Shown: positions 1-10,800 of the stretch, piece by piece
Layout: every line of letters begins with the position of its first letter
Position numbering within the stretch: position 1 is the first letter of the stretch
Source of the DNA: a plasmid
Strand: one strand, 5' to 3'
Sequence record: NZ_CP128206.1
DNA: 64,000 nucleotides
Made by a program: the position numbers and the translations under genes
Notes under the pieces: model-generated
The model's input: the letters and a program-made list of their open reading frames with translations, nothing else
Told to the model about the DNA's origin: nothing
Databases searched by the model: none

Positions 1-2
1 TC

Positions 3-347
3 CACGCGGCGATTATAGCCGATCAAATGATGAGCAATGCCTCGGAACTGCGTGGGCTACATGGCGATCTGCATCATGAAAACATCATGTTCTCCAGTCG
101 CGGCTGGCTGGTGATAGATCCCGTCGGTCTGGTCGGTGAAGTGGGCTTTGGCGCCGCCAATATGTTCTACGATCCGGCTGACAGAGACGACCTTTGTCTC
201 GATCCTAGACGCATTGCACAGATGGCGGACGCATTCTCTCGTGCGCTGGACGTCGATCCGCGTCGCCTGCTCGACCAGGCGTACGCTTATATGGGTGCCT
301 TTCCGCAGCTTGGAACGCGGATGGAGAAGAGGAGCAACGCGATCTAG
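3..347 (+). CDS. strB: aminoglycoside 6-phosphotransferase APH(6)-Id, 3' portion entering from the left window edge. The last ~35 codons are read in a shifted frame; the canonical frame would end at ~390.
   Basis: Translation ...HAAIIADQMMSNASELRGLHGDLHHENIMFSSRGWLVIDPVGLVGEVGFGAANMFYDPADRDDLCLDPRRIAQMADAFSRALDVDPRRLLDQAYAY matches the StrB C-terminal half. After 'AYAY' the canonical ...GCLSAAWNADGEEEQRDLAIAAAIKQVRQTSY is only recovered in the +1 frame. Confidence 0.85.
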   Translation, partial: HAAIIADQMMSNASELRGLHGDLHHENIMFSSRGWLVIDPVGLVGEVGFGAANMFYDPADRDDLCLDPRRIAQMADAFSRALDVDPRRLLDQAYAYMGAFPQLGTRMEKRSNAI

Positions 348-449
348 CTATCGCGGCCGCGATCAAGCAGGTGCGACAGACGTCATACTAGATATCAAGC
401 GACTTCTCCTATCCCCTGGGAACACATCAATCTCACCGGAGAATATCGC

Positions 450-1030
450 TGGCAATGACGCGGTAAACGATGCCCAGCACCCACCCCATGATCTCGGGCC
501 GGCTGGCAAACAGGAAACGCAGCTGAAACGGGAAGCTCAACACCCACTGACGCATGGGTTGTTCAGGCAGTACTTCATCAACCAGCAAGGCGGCACTTTC
601 GGCCATCCGCCGCGCCCCACAGCTCGGGCAGAAACCGCGACGCTTACAGCTGAAAGCGACCAGGTGCTCGGCGTGGCAAGACTCGCAGCGAACCCGTAGA
701 AAGCCATGCTCCAGCCGCCCGCATTGGAGAAATTCTTCAAATTCCCGTTGCACATAGCCCGGCAATTCCTTTCCCTGCTCTGCCATAAGCGCAGCGAATG
801 CCGGGTAATACTCGTCAACGATCTGATAGAGAAGGGTTTGCTCGGGTCGGTGGCTCTGGTAACGACCAGTATCCCGATCCCGGCTGGCCGTCCTGGCCGC
901 CACATGAGGCATGTTCCGCGTCCTTGCAATACTGTGTTTACATACAGTCTATCGCTTAGCGGAAAGTTCTTTTACCCTCAGCCGAAATGCCTGCCGTTGC
1001 TAGACATTGCCAGCCAGTGCCCGTCACTCC
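450..1030 (-). mobile_element. ISCR2 (IS91-family) 5' portion with terIS-proximal end; carries the transposase N-terminal ~150 codons (433..912 ORF)
   Basis: Near-identical to 7052..7632 of the complete ISCR2 copy. The ORF 433..912 shares its first ~150 aa with the 497-aa transposase at 6021..7514. Confidence 0.9.
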
Positions 1031-1329
1031 GCGGTCTTCACTGCGTGATCGAGTTGATCGACACCCGCCGTGACACGCTCCATGAAGTGCCTGCCTGCGT
1101 CTGTTAGCCGAACGCCCCGCGCATGGCGCTCAAATAGCAGGACACCAAGGTTATCCTCCAGCGCTTTCACACGCGCGCTGACGCTCGACTGGCTGATACC
1201 AAGTGCCTTGGCCGCATGCCGAAAATTCAGATGCTCGGCGACGGCGATGAACTGAACAAGGGAAATGAGCGGTATCCTGCCAGACAGGATACCGACATTC
1301 ACGAGGTTTCGATGGTTAGTGCGCCGCAT
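1024..1329 (-). pseudogene. LysR-family regulator, N-terminal HTH fragment (101 aa) truncated by the ISCR2 end
   Basis: HTH motif ...LVQFIAVAEHLNFRHAAKALGISQSSVSARVKALE... The stop codon lies inside the ISCR2 terminus. This is the usual partner of floR. Confidence 0.75.
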
Positions 1330-1356
1330 CGGAGCGGGCCTGCTACCAGTCGTCGG

Positions 1357-2571
1357 TTAGACGACTGGCGACTTCTCGGTGGCAGCCCCACGGAGCCGAA
1401 GGAGCACCAGCCCCAACGAAACCAGTACCGCCATCGCCGTGGCGTAACAGATCACGGGCCACGCTGTGTCACCGTTTAAAAGTGCCACCGCCAATGTCCC
1501 GACAATGCTGACTATCAGGCTTTGAACGCAGAAGTAGAACGCGACCGCTGATCCCGCGATGTCGTCGAACTCTGCCAAAGCGCCGTTCGCGGTAACGGAC
1601 ACCGTGAAGACAATACCGACCGCGACAACCCACATCGGTAGGATGAAGGTGAGGAATGACGGCGAGCCGTAAAGTTCGCCGATCCCCAACAGGACCGCTC
1701 CGCAAACAAGCAACGCCATCCCACGCGCCACGCATCCTGCGATGCCCCATCTGGCGACAAAGGACTTCGCGAAACGGGTTGTCACGATCATTACAAGCGC
1801 GACAGTGGCGAAGGCAAAGCTGAATCCGATCTCGGAATATTCCGCTTGGCCTATGAGCACACGGGGAGCCGTCGAGAAGAAGACGAAGTAGGTGCCCATA
1901 CCGGCGCTAAAGCCGACAGTGTAAACCCAAAAAGCCGGACTCGCGAAGATCGGCAAGACAGATCGGCGCGTCTTGACTTGATCCAGAGGGCGGGTTTCGT
2001 GCCACCTGAAACCCGCATTTAGGAGTGCGAGCATCGCCAGTATAGCCAAAGTAATGAATATCGCCTGCCATCCCAAGAACTCGCCGATCAATGTTCCGGC
2101 GATAGGGCCGAGCGCAGGCACGAACGCCAGCATCGAACTGAAAAGGCCGTAGATGACGACACCCTCAGGACGGTTGGCATAAACGTCGCGAACCGTCGCG
2201 AACGTCGCCACCAGCATGGCCGACGCGCCCACTGCTTGAAGTAGACGGAAAGCGACAAAGGCCGGTGCAGTTGAAGACCAAGCTGCTCCCAGAGACGCAA
2301 TGACGAAAGCCGTTGCGCCCGCAAGTAGAATTGGCCGTCGCCCGATTCTGTCTGAGAGCGGACCAAAAATCACCTGGCCCACGCCGAGCATCACCATATA
2401 GAGGCTCAACGTGAGTTGGATCATAGCGGGCGTCGTGTTCAGGATGCCGGGCATCGCTGGAACGACAGGGAGATAAATATCCATCGCCAGTGAAGCGAGG
2501 ATGTCGAAAGGAGCCATCAGCAGCAGTGCTGCCGGCAGCGTATAGGCCCACGCGGGGCGTGTGGTGGTCAT
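1357..2571 (-). CDS. floR: florfenicol/chloramphenicol MFS efflux pump FloR (404 aa)
   Basis: Full-length 12-TM MFS protein of 404 aa; sequence recognised as FloR. Confidence 0.93.
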   Translation of the reverse strand: MTTTRPAWAYTLPAALLLMAPFDILASLAMDIYLPVVPAMPGILNTTPAMIQLTLSLYMVMLGVGQVIFGPLSDRIGRRPILLAGATAFVIASLGAAWSSTAPAFVAFRLLQAVGASAMLVATFATVRDVYANRPEGVVIYGLFSSMLAFVPALGPIAGTLIGEFLGWQAIFITLAILAMLALLNAGFRWHETRPLDQVKTRRSVLPIFASPAFWVYTVGFSAGMGTYFVFFSTAPRVLIGQAEYSEIGFSFAFATVALVMIVTTRFAKSFVARWGIAGCVARGMALLVCGAVLLGIGELYGSPSFLTFILPMWVVAVGIVFTVSVTANGALAEFDDIAGSAVAFYFCVQSLIVSIVGTLAVALLNGDTAWPVICYATAMAVLVSLGLVLLRLRGAATEKSPVV

Positions 2572-2787
2572 GACGAATCAACCCTCGATTAAGGAATACC
2601 GGGCGACGTCTGCTCGTCAGCAATCAGATGAGACTAGCCTTACAGAGCGCCGCAACAACAATACTGGTTGTTGCGGCTTACTTGTCTGCTGACTTGGAAT
2701 TTCCCATCTGATTACTCCACGCTTACGAATATGAATTGCTACATTTTATCCGATTATCTTTTGCTTCGCAATGCGGCATGGGCGCAC

Positions 2788-3470
2788 TCAGCGTTCCAGC
2801 CCCCTCTGCCGCCCTAACTGCCACGACACCGACCCGCCCTGCACGATGCCCATAACCTCGCGGCCGAGTTGGCGGTCGATGATCGGCCGCCACGGGACAA
2901 GGGTGAACTCATGGGATTTCTCGACCACGGCGAACTTGCCGCTCGATAGATGCACGGTTCCGGTAAACTTGCCGCTGACGCTCTCGCCGTCCGTGGCGGC
3001 GCGGAACGGCAGGCCCTTACTCAAAGCCATATCCGATCCGACGCCGGCTACCTCGCGCTCCCGCAGGATGGCGAGAAGGTTGCGCCGGTAGAAGACGCGG
3101 CTGTCCCGGCTGCGGGTGGCGTCGCCCTGTTCGATATGGTGCTCGCGGCGCTGGTCCATGGCTTCGCGGACTTGTTGCCCGAAGCCGGTTGGCGCAAGGT
3201 CGGCCGTCTCGCCGTGGATCAGCCGCCGGTCCAGCCAGGTCGCGCCGTCCGATCCGATCTGTTTGTTCAGATCGACCGGGGAAAGGACGCGAACGCTGGC
3301 CTGACTGTCTCGGCCGGCGTCATGGGCGGCGGCACGGCTGACCAGATCATCGGGGATGCGCCATTGGTCGGCGTCGATCCGCTCGACGATACCGGCCCGG
3401 CGTAGCGCCTCCAGCCGGCGCACATGGGCATCGACATAGCCCTCATAGTCGCCGCCTGGAACGCGGCACG
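2788..3470 (-). pseudogene. relaxase-like (virD2-like) fragment typical of the ISCR2-floR module. The N-terminus of the tracked ORF is actually encoded by the ISCR2 end.
   Basis: The first ~68 aa of ORF 2788..3672 are identical to ORF 5766..5990, which lies in the ISCR2 oriIS-side end. The remainder is a gene fragment without its own start. Confidence 0.45.
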
Positions 3471-3473
3471 TAT

Positions 3474-4732
3474 AGGAAGAATAAACGCCCTTTTCACCCA
3501 AGTCCAACAGCTTTGGACCGCAGTTGACTCTTTCGACACCCCTGCGATGCAACCCAATCCGGCTGACGGGGAGCCAGCAACGCTGAAAATTTACCCTCCT
3601 CTTTCCCACTAGCGGCTCCTTTTCCGACAACCAGCACGGCGGATCCCTGCCGCGGCGCTGTGAACGCAGCATTTTGATTGGTATCGTTGGCCTTCAGGCT
3701 CGTCAGTCAAACAGACCCAGGAGCAGCTCAGCCGGTGGCGCCCGGCTTTCGGGTAACGCCCTGGTCCCGCTGGTTTCGGCTTTGTGCTTCAGGTGATCAA
3801 GGATCTGCTTGATCACTATAGGGTCTTCAATGCAGGCGATGACTTTCATGGCGCCGCCGCAGCCGCTGCAGGTCTCGATGTCGATATTGAAAACACGCTT
3901 GAGCCGTTGCGCCCATGTCATCGACGCTCGCCGTTGTGCTGGTGTTGCCGGTTCATCAGCCACCCTGACCTTGTTGCCCCTGCCCCGTTTTGCCGGCGTG
4001 ACCAACGCCCGGTGCCGACTGTTGGGTGCGAACACCCCGTGGAAGCGGGTTAGGTTGACTCTGGGCTTCGGTACCAGGGCGGCCAGCCTTGCAATGAAAT
4101 CCAATGGTTCGAAAATGACGTGCGTGGTGCCGTCCCGGTACGGCGTCTTGAGCTGGTAGCGCACGTTGCCGCCTCGTGTTAACGACAGCCGCTTCTCGGA
4201 TACCGCCGGGCGGCTGATGTACCGGCACAGCCGTTCGAGCTTCTTGCGTTCATCGGCCCTGGCCGCCACGCCGGCGTGCAGGCTGGACCCGGCTACCTTG
4301 CCAATCCCGTCACCGAACGGATCACCACTGGTCGGCAGAGTTTGCAAAGTGAACACCTTTCGCCCCGCCTGTGAACCGACAGCGATACGGTAAGTGATCG
4401 AGTGCCCCAGCAGGGGTGTCATCGGGTCGTCATCCACCGCATCCGAGGCCAGATAGCTGTTTTCGACATCCCGTTCCAGCAGGCCTTGCCGTTCCAGATA
4501 GCGACCCACCCGGTGGGCGATGGTGTGCGTCAGCTGGGTGAGCTCTGGGCTGGTCGGCGCCTTGACCCAGCGGAAACGCGCTGAGCCGTGGGATTGCTCG
4601 ACATACACACCGTCGAGAAACAGCATGTGGAAGTGAACATTCAGATTGAGCGCCGATCCAAAACGCTGGATCAGGGTGACCGCGCCCGTCTTGGCCACTT
4701 GGTGGGTATGGCCCGCTTTCTTGACCAGGTGC
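3474..4732 (-). mobile_element. ISCR2 3' portion (oriIS-side end plus the C-terminal 331 codons of the transposase, 3703..4698)
   Basis: Identical to 5788..7050 of the complete copy. It breaks at the same internal position where fragment 450..1030 begins. Confidence 0.9.
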
Positions 4733-5080
4733 CAATACCCATCTTTGTATCAACTCCCCTTCCTGCCCGGCATCCCCGCAATTGATGACTTCAGAACAAG
4801 ATGCTACCAATTTTTCAATAACAGCAAATTGCCTTTTTACTCCATCGTTATCAATTAGTTTAATGCCAAATTTTTTAGGTACAATTGGCAGATCTTCCAA
4901 TTTCCAGTATTTCCAATTTTCTTTGTAATCATGGGGTTCATTCAATGTACACAGATGGCCAAAAGTCCAGGTTACCCAATAGCCATTTCCTTCATAAAAG
5001 CCGTTGTTGCGTTGTTTTGCACCAATTACTTCGGCAATATCTTTTGCCACAGAAGGTTTTTCAGCTATACATAAAATCAT
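4733..5080 (-). pseudogene. DNA topoisomerase III N-terminal (Toprim) fragment, ~115 codons, truncated by ISCR2
   Basis: MILCIAEKPSVAKDIAEVIG...NGYWVTWTFGHL...DAGQEGELI matches the TopB Toprim N-terminus. AT-rich, unlike its flanks. Confidence 0.7.
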
Positions 5081-5162
5081 AAGGAGGCAAAGTTAGTAAG
5101 GTCGTTGAAGTTTTGAAACCGTTACATACAAAACATTTCAACAAAAACAGTAAGTTTTAGAG

Positions 5163-5669
5163 TTATTTACGTGTATATTTTTTTATTTCAAAAGCAAAAG
5201 CGTGTTTTTCATCAATACCCTGTTTCAGTACAGTTTCACTATTCCACTCAGATTCAGAAAATTTAGGAAAAAAAGTATCTGCGTCAAACACTCCATCTAC
5301 TTGTGTGATATACATTTCTTGAAGGATGTTTCGCTGCATAACTTCTGCATAAATTTGTCCCCCACCAATGATGAAAACAGTTCTTTCGGTTTCATTTTTA
5401 TAGAACTCTAAACATTCAGTAAGTGAAAAAAAGACATGAGCTCCTGGTGCTTGATAGCCGATTTGGTGAGTTAAAACGGCATTTTCACGATTTGGCAAGG
5501 GTCTAAATTTCTCAGGAATAGATTCATAATTTTTACGTCCGGTTATTACTACATGACCTGTTGAAGTTTCTTTAAAGAATTTCATATCAGCCGGCAATTT
5601 CCATAACAAATCGTTGTCTTTACCAATGCCAAAATTTTTATCCATGGCAACAATTAATGATAGTTTCAT
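5163..5669 (-). CDS. dfrA: trimethoprim-resistant dihydrofolate reductase, DfrA type (168 aa); possibly dfrA18/dfrA31-like
   Basis: DHFR fold motifs (LIVAMDKNFGIGKDNDLLWKLPADMKFFKETSTGHVVITGRKNYESIP). AT-rich gene embedded between ISCR2 copies. Confidence 0.8.
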   Translation of the reverse strand: MKLSLIVAMDKNFGIGKDNDLLWKLPADMKFFKETSTGHVVITGRKNYESIPEKFRPLPNRENAVLTHQIGYQAPGAHVFFSLTECLEFYKNETERTVFIIGGGQIYAEVMQRNILQEMYITQVDGVFDADTFFPKFSESEWNSETVLKQGIDEKHAFAFEIKKYTRK

Positions 5670-5787
5670 AATGATCGGTATTGAATAATTAATTTTTTAT
5701 TTGAGGCATTAAGCACATGCAATAATTTCTCAATTGGTTTTTTCACCTTTTCTTTCAAATGTAACTCATCTGCAGTTTGAATCATAC

Positions 5788-7632
5788 GTATAGGAAGAAT
5801 AAACGCCCTTTTCACCCAAGTCCAACAGCTTTGGACCGCAGTTGACTCTTTCGACACCCCTGCGATGCAACCCAATCCGGCTGACGGGGAGCCAGCAACG
5901 CTGAAAATTTACCCTCCTCTTTCCCACTAGCGGCTCCTTTTCCGACAACCAGCACGGCGGATCCCTGCCGCGGCGCTGTGAACGCAGCATTTTGATTGGT
6001 ATCGTTGGCCTTCAGGCTCGTCAGTCAAACAGACCCAGGAGCAGCTCAGCCGGTGGCGCCCGGCTTTCGGGTAACGCCCTGGTCCCGCTGGTTTCGGCTT
6101 TGTGCTTCAGGTGATCAAGGATCTGCTTGATCACTATAGGGTCTTCAATGCAGGCGATGACTTTCATGGCGCCGCCGCAGCCGCTGCAGGTCTCGATGTC
6201 GATATTGAAAACACGCTTGAGCCGTTGCGCCCATGTCATCGACGCTCGCCGTTGTGCTGGTGTTGCCGGTTCATCAGCCACCCTGACCTTGTTGCCCCTG
6301 CCCCGTTTTGCCGGCGTGACCAACGCCCGGTGCCGACTGTTGGGTGCGAACACCCCGTGGAAGCGGGTTAGGTTGACTCTGGGCTTCGGTACCAGGGCGG
6401 CCAGCCTTGCAATGAAATCCAATGGTTCGAAAATGACGTGCGTGGTGCCGTCCCGGTACGGCGTCTTGAGCTGGTAGCGCACGTTGCCGCCTCGTGTTAA
6501 CGACAGCCGCTTCTCGGATACCGCCGGGCGGCTGATGTACCGGCACAGCCGTTCGAGCTTCTTGCGTTCATCGGCCCTGGCCGCCACGCCGGCGTGCAGG
6601 CTGGACCCGGCTACCTTGCCAATCCCGTCACCGAACGGATCACCACTGGTCGGCAGAGTTTGCAAAGTGAACACCTTTCGCCCCGCCTGTGAACCGACAG
6701 CGATACGGTAAGTGATCGAGTGCCCCAGCAGGGGTGTCATCGGGTCGTCATCCACCGCATCCGAGGCCAGATAGCTGTTTTCGACATCCCGTTCCAGCAG
6801 GCCTTGCCGTTCCAGATAGCGACCCACCCGGTGGGCGATGGTGTGCGTCAGCTGGGTGAGCTCTGGGCTGGTCGGCGCCTTGACCCAGCGGAAACGCGCT
6901 GAGCCGTGGGATTGCTCGACATACACACCGTCGAGAAACAGCATGTGGAAGTGAACATTCAGATTGAGCGCCGATCCAAAACGCTGGATCAGGGTGACCG
7001 CGCCCGTCTTGGCCACTTGGTGGGTATGGCCCGCTTTCTTGACCAGGTGCGTGGCAATGACGCGGTAAACGATGCCCAGCACCCACCCCATGATCTCGGG
7101 CCGGCTGGCAAACAGGAAACGCAGCTGAAACGGGAAGCTCAACACCCACTGACGCATGGGTTGTTCAGGCAGTACTTCATCAACCAGCAAGGCGGCACTT
7201 TCGGCCATCCGCCGCGCCCCACAGCTCGGGCAGAAACCGCGACGCTTACAGCTGAAAGCGACCAGGTGCTCGGCGTGGCAAGACTCGCAGCGAACCCGTA
7301 GAAAGCCATGCTCCAGCCGCCCGCATTGGAGAAATTCTTCAAATTCCCGTTGCACATAGCCCGGCAATTCCTTTCCCTGCTCTGCCATAAGCGCAGCGAA
7401 TGCCGGGTAATACTCGTCAACGATCTGATAGAGAAGGGTTTGCTCGGGTCGGTGGCTCTGGTAACGACCAGTATCCCGATCCCGGCTGGCCGTCCTGGCC
7501 GCCACATGAGGCATGTTCCGCGTCCTTGCAATACTGTGTTTACATACAGTCTATCGCTTAGCGGAAAGTTCTTTTACCCTCAGCCGAAATGCCTGCCGTT
7601 GCTAGACATTGCCAGCCAGTGCCCGTCACTCC
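5788..7632 (-). mobile_element. complete ISCR2 (IS91-family rolling-circle element) with oriIS-side end at ~5788 and terIS-side end at ~7632
   Basis: Contains an intact 497-aa transposase. Both ends are repeated in the partial copies. Confidence 0.93.
6021..7514 (-). CDS. ISCR2 transposase (IS91 family, HUH), 497 aa
   Basis: Full-length ORF. The N- and C-terminal parts are duplicated in the two partial copies. Confidence 0.93.
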   Translation of the reverse strand: MPHVAARTASRDRDTGRYQSHRPEQTLLYQIVDEYYPAFAALMAEQGKELPGYVQREFEEFLQCGRLEHGFLRVRCESCHAEHLVAFSCKRRGFCPSCGARRMAESAALLVDEVLPEQPMRQWVLSFPFQLRFLFASRPEIMGWVLGIVYRVIATHLVKKAGHTHQVAKTGAVTLIQRFGSALNLNVHFHMLFLDGVYVEQSHGSARFRWVKAPTSPELTQLTHTIAHRVGRYLERQGLLERDVENSYLASDAVDDDPMTPLLGHSITYRIAVGSQAGRKVFTLQTLPTSGDPFGDGIGKVAGSSLHAGVAARADERKKLERLCRYISRPAVSEKRLSLTRGGNVRYQLKTPYRDGTTHVIFEPLDFIARLAALVPKPRVNLTRFHGVFAPNSRHRALVTPAKRGRGNKVRVADEPATPAQRRASMTWAQRLKRVFNIDIETCSGCGGAMKVIACIEDPIVIKQILDHLKHKAETSGTRALPESRAPPAELLLGLFD

Positions 7633-7817
7633 CTGTCGTCTGGGCGTTCCTCTGGGCTAAACATCGACATGATCCGGCGCTTAATATCGCCGTCCTTGTT
7701 GACCAGCGTCTTGGTCACGAAGGCCGCGTATTCTTTGGCGTTGTCGTACCCTTTCCAGACCTCGTGGGGGTCAAGAGCGTAGGCGCAAACCCGCCCAGCG
7801 ACTGGGATTCTGACCAA
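7626..7817 (-). pseudogene. orphan gene fragment (63 codons) between the ISCR2 terIS end and the Tn3-family IS; unidentified
   Basis: Short ORF truncated on both sides by mobile-element ends. Confidence 0.25.
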
Positions 7818-7837
7818 GGCGCGTTCTGTCTCAAGGT

Positions 7838-10800
7838 GGGGTTCTAGGGATTTTCCCCTCTAAAAAGACATAATCCTCTGTAGACCACACCAATAAATGG
7901 CTGCGGAGGTGGTTTACTTTCAGCTTGGAGCCTAATCATCCACTATCGGCCTTGTTATTTCGCCAATATTGGGCAATTTCCCAGTATTAGTGAAGTTATA
8001 CGTTCCGCTTAAGTTGATATTTTGCCACGCAACGGGCGAAACAGCACGAGTGATACCCGCTTTCTCTTCATCTCCTCTCGCTTCAAAGTGTCCCAGAAGA
8101 TGACTCAGTATCGCGGAGTTGAAGTAGATGATCGCGTTGGCAAGCAATCTTGCGCATTCATTCCAGATAGCGATTTCAGACTCGTTTTTGCCACGGAACT
8201 GATCACCATTCACCGACGCAATGGCTCGTCTAAGGAAGTGCCATGCTTCTCCCCGGTTCAGGGCACGTTGCACATACTGCCGCAAACTGGCATCGTCGAT
8301 GTAGTCAAGTAAATATTGCGCTTTAACCAGTCGATTATACTCCGTCAGAGCCTGTAATATTGGGTGTCCAGAAGGGTAACCAGACAACTTTCTTACCAGC
8401 ATTGCTTGTGTCGTCCGCTTTGTCTGAAGTGACAGAACAATACGCCTGATATCTTGCCATCCCGTTGTAATAACATTCGTTCTGATAGGCTTCTTTAGCG
8501 CCAGTATGGTGCTGCCTTGTTCACTTTCAGTCACATCAAACAGATCATTGATGACACTACTGAACTGCGCGTATCGCGGTGCAAAACTGTAACCGCATAG
8601 ATCCAGTAAGGCGAAGTTAACATGATTGACACCGTGTGTATCTGTCGAGAGTACGTCAGGTTTGATTTCACTGCTGTTGGATTGTAACAGGTCATAAATA
8701 TAGTGTGATTCGTGCTCGTTGGAACCGATGATCCGAGCATTGAGGGCGCTGTGGTTGGCCACCAGTGTCATGGCCGTGATCCCTTTGTTGGTGCCGAAAT
8801 ACTTAGAGGAGTACCGGGTTTTAAAGGTTTCCAGATGGGTTTCGAATTTCTGACCATCCGCACTGGCATGCAGCTGGTCCTCCTGAATATGGTAGTGGCG
8901 GAAGATGGGTAGCGCTGCAACCGCATTATTGATCACGTCGCTGGCGTCATGCAGCGTTTCAGGCCGGATATAGTTGGCCTGCACCGTACTCAGGTGTTCA
9001 TAGCTTCGATCGGAGATCTGCGCCATGCCATACACACCACGGTGAGTGGCGTTGGCAATCAGAATGGCCAGTAAATCATCCTGATGAGTGAACCCTTGTT
9101 TTTGTATCGGAAGTACATGAGTCAGACATTTCATGAACCCGGTTTCGCGCTCTACATACCGCAGTACATCCGCGATACCGACCGGTTGCATTCGCTTAAA
9201 AAAGGGATTGTTGACCAGAGATGTAGCGCTTTTGGTCGGCAGACGCCAGCGGGTACCGGTACGATTTTTCATGATCACATTTCGATTGTCTCCCTCATCA
9301 ATATGGAGAGCAACGTCTTTGAGTGCACTTTCCAGCCGGTGTTGTTTCTCCTGTAACAATAACTCTGCGGGCTGTTTTAGTCTGTCCAGTGTTGATGAGG
9401 CCAGCAAGGTATCCTGCGATGTCTGGGGATCAGGTCGTCTTCCAGTGCGCGGTATTTGGTAACATTTGGCAAATAAATGCGTCCATTCAGTCGTGAGGTT
9501 AACTGCCGGTAGAGCAGCCATTCGTAACGTTGCGGGTTAACGTTATCCTGTTTAACCAACCATGGGAGGTGCTTTTTCGGGATGAGCGACGTATCCATCG
9601 TCTTCAGTGGTCCACCGAATGCGATTTCCGTCTGCATCTGTTGAAGTTGGGCGACGACGGCTTCTGAGCCTTTACCGGCCTCACATTCAAGGCACAAGAA
9701 CACCTGCCTTAACAGTTGCTCCAGGAGATTGCATTGTTCATCGTAATGTTGCCACTGGTACTCTTCCACGGTCCGTTTCTGTTTTTTCAGGTAAAGGCAG
9801 AGGGTCTGGATATCCCTGTCATTCATGACCTTCAATGCCTGTTGTCTGACTACTGAGAAGGGCTGATTGTCATCAATATTCTCGTCAACAAACAGGTGAA
9901 GTAGCTCTGCCGCTTTCGTGACATTGTCCGCAGCTGACTGCCAGGACAGGAACACTGCTTGTTGTGCAAAGGCGTTGGCGGCTTCCTGTTGTTTTCGGAT
10001 ATGGTAAACAAACCCATCCGTCAGGCGCTCCAGTGCAAGTTGCATGCGCTCTGTCAGATGACACAGTAACCACAGGTGCTGCTGTGAGCGTTTGAAGCGC
10101 CGCACTTTACTGCCGTAGTAATCAATAAGGCCGCTGAAGTGTTGTCGATTTTTTAGCGACAGATTGAGCCTGTCCACAACGTCATTTATTTGCGTGTGCC
10201 ATGGTGCTAACCGGTGGTAAATGGCGAGCTCTTTTTTAAGCTCAGGCACGGTCAGACTTTTGGCACCACCCCTGAGATGGCTCAGACTCAGCCCGTCGTC
10301 TTTAGTAGTGATTATGTTGTCCAGAAAGACGTTAAGTTCATTACTGGTAAGTTGATTCAGTTGGAGCGTCAGGTCTTTTCTGACCTGTTGCATTGTGCGG
10401 CTTATCAGTCTTTGAAGCACGGAGTACTTAGGAATGGCAATGTTATGGCTGGCAAGGTATTCAATGGCCGCATCAAAGAGGTGTCGAGGCTCCAGCCAGG
10501 CATGACCAATGTAAACCAGGTGGTGGCACAGAGCATTGAGGTGCTGTTTTTCATTCCACTTATTGTAATTTAGTAGACGCAGTATCCTTGAGTAAATACG
10601 GTCACGCTGCATTTTACTGACACTGAAAGGCCTGATCCCTTTACCTCTTTGAATTTGGGAGGCAATAAACTGCATGTCGATACTGATATCACGGAAACTC
10701 GGAGCAATGATCACTGGCTTAGATTTAAAATAGCCCAGAAGCGCCACGAAATAACAACGATGTTTAGTAAGCCTGATAGTACGGCATTCGGCCTGTTCTA

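Noticed and set aside
136-929. Several tracked ORFs (136..699 +, 537..929 -, 554..757 +, and their duplicates at 6906..7531) lie inside ISCR2
   Set aside because: They overlap the well-supported ISCR2 transposase frame on the same or opposite strand and recur only because the IS is repeated. They are frame artefacts of GC-rich DNA.
1469-2623. ORFs antisense to or out of frame within floR (1469..1750, 1515..1760, 2088..2366, 2165..2623)
   Set aside because: Fully embedded in the floR coding region; typical spurious ORFs of high-GC sequence.
4430-5080. 216-aa ORF spanning the ISCR2/topB junction
   Set aside because: A chimera. Its N-terminal 115 aa are a real Toprim fragment, but the remainder is an out-of-frame read-through of ISCR2 DNA. 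It is reported as a truncated topB fragment.
9377-9521. Possible programmed ribosomal frameshift in the Tn3-family transposase
   Set aside because: Tn3-family transposases are not known to use programmed frameshifting. The 145-nt overlap is more consistent with a mutation or a sequencing indel, so it is annotated as a pseudogene or frameshift.
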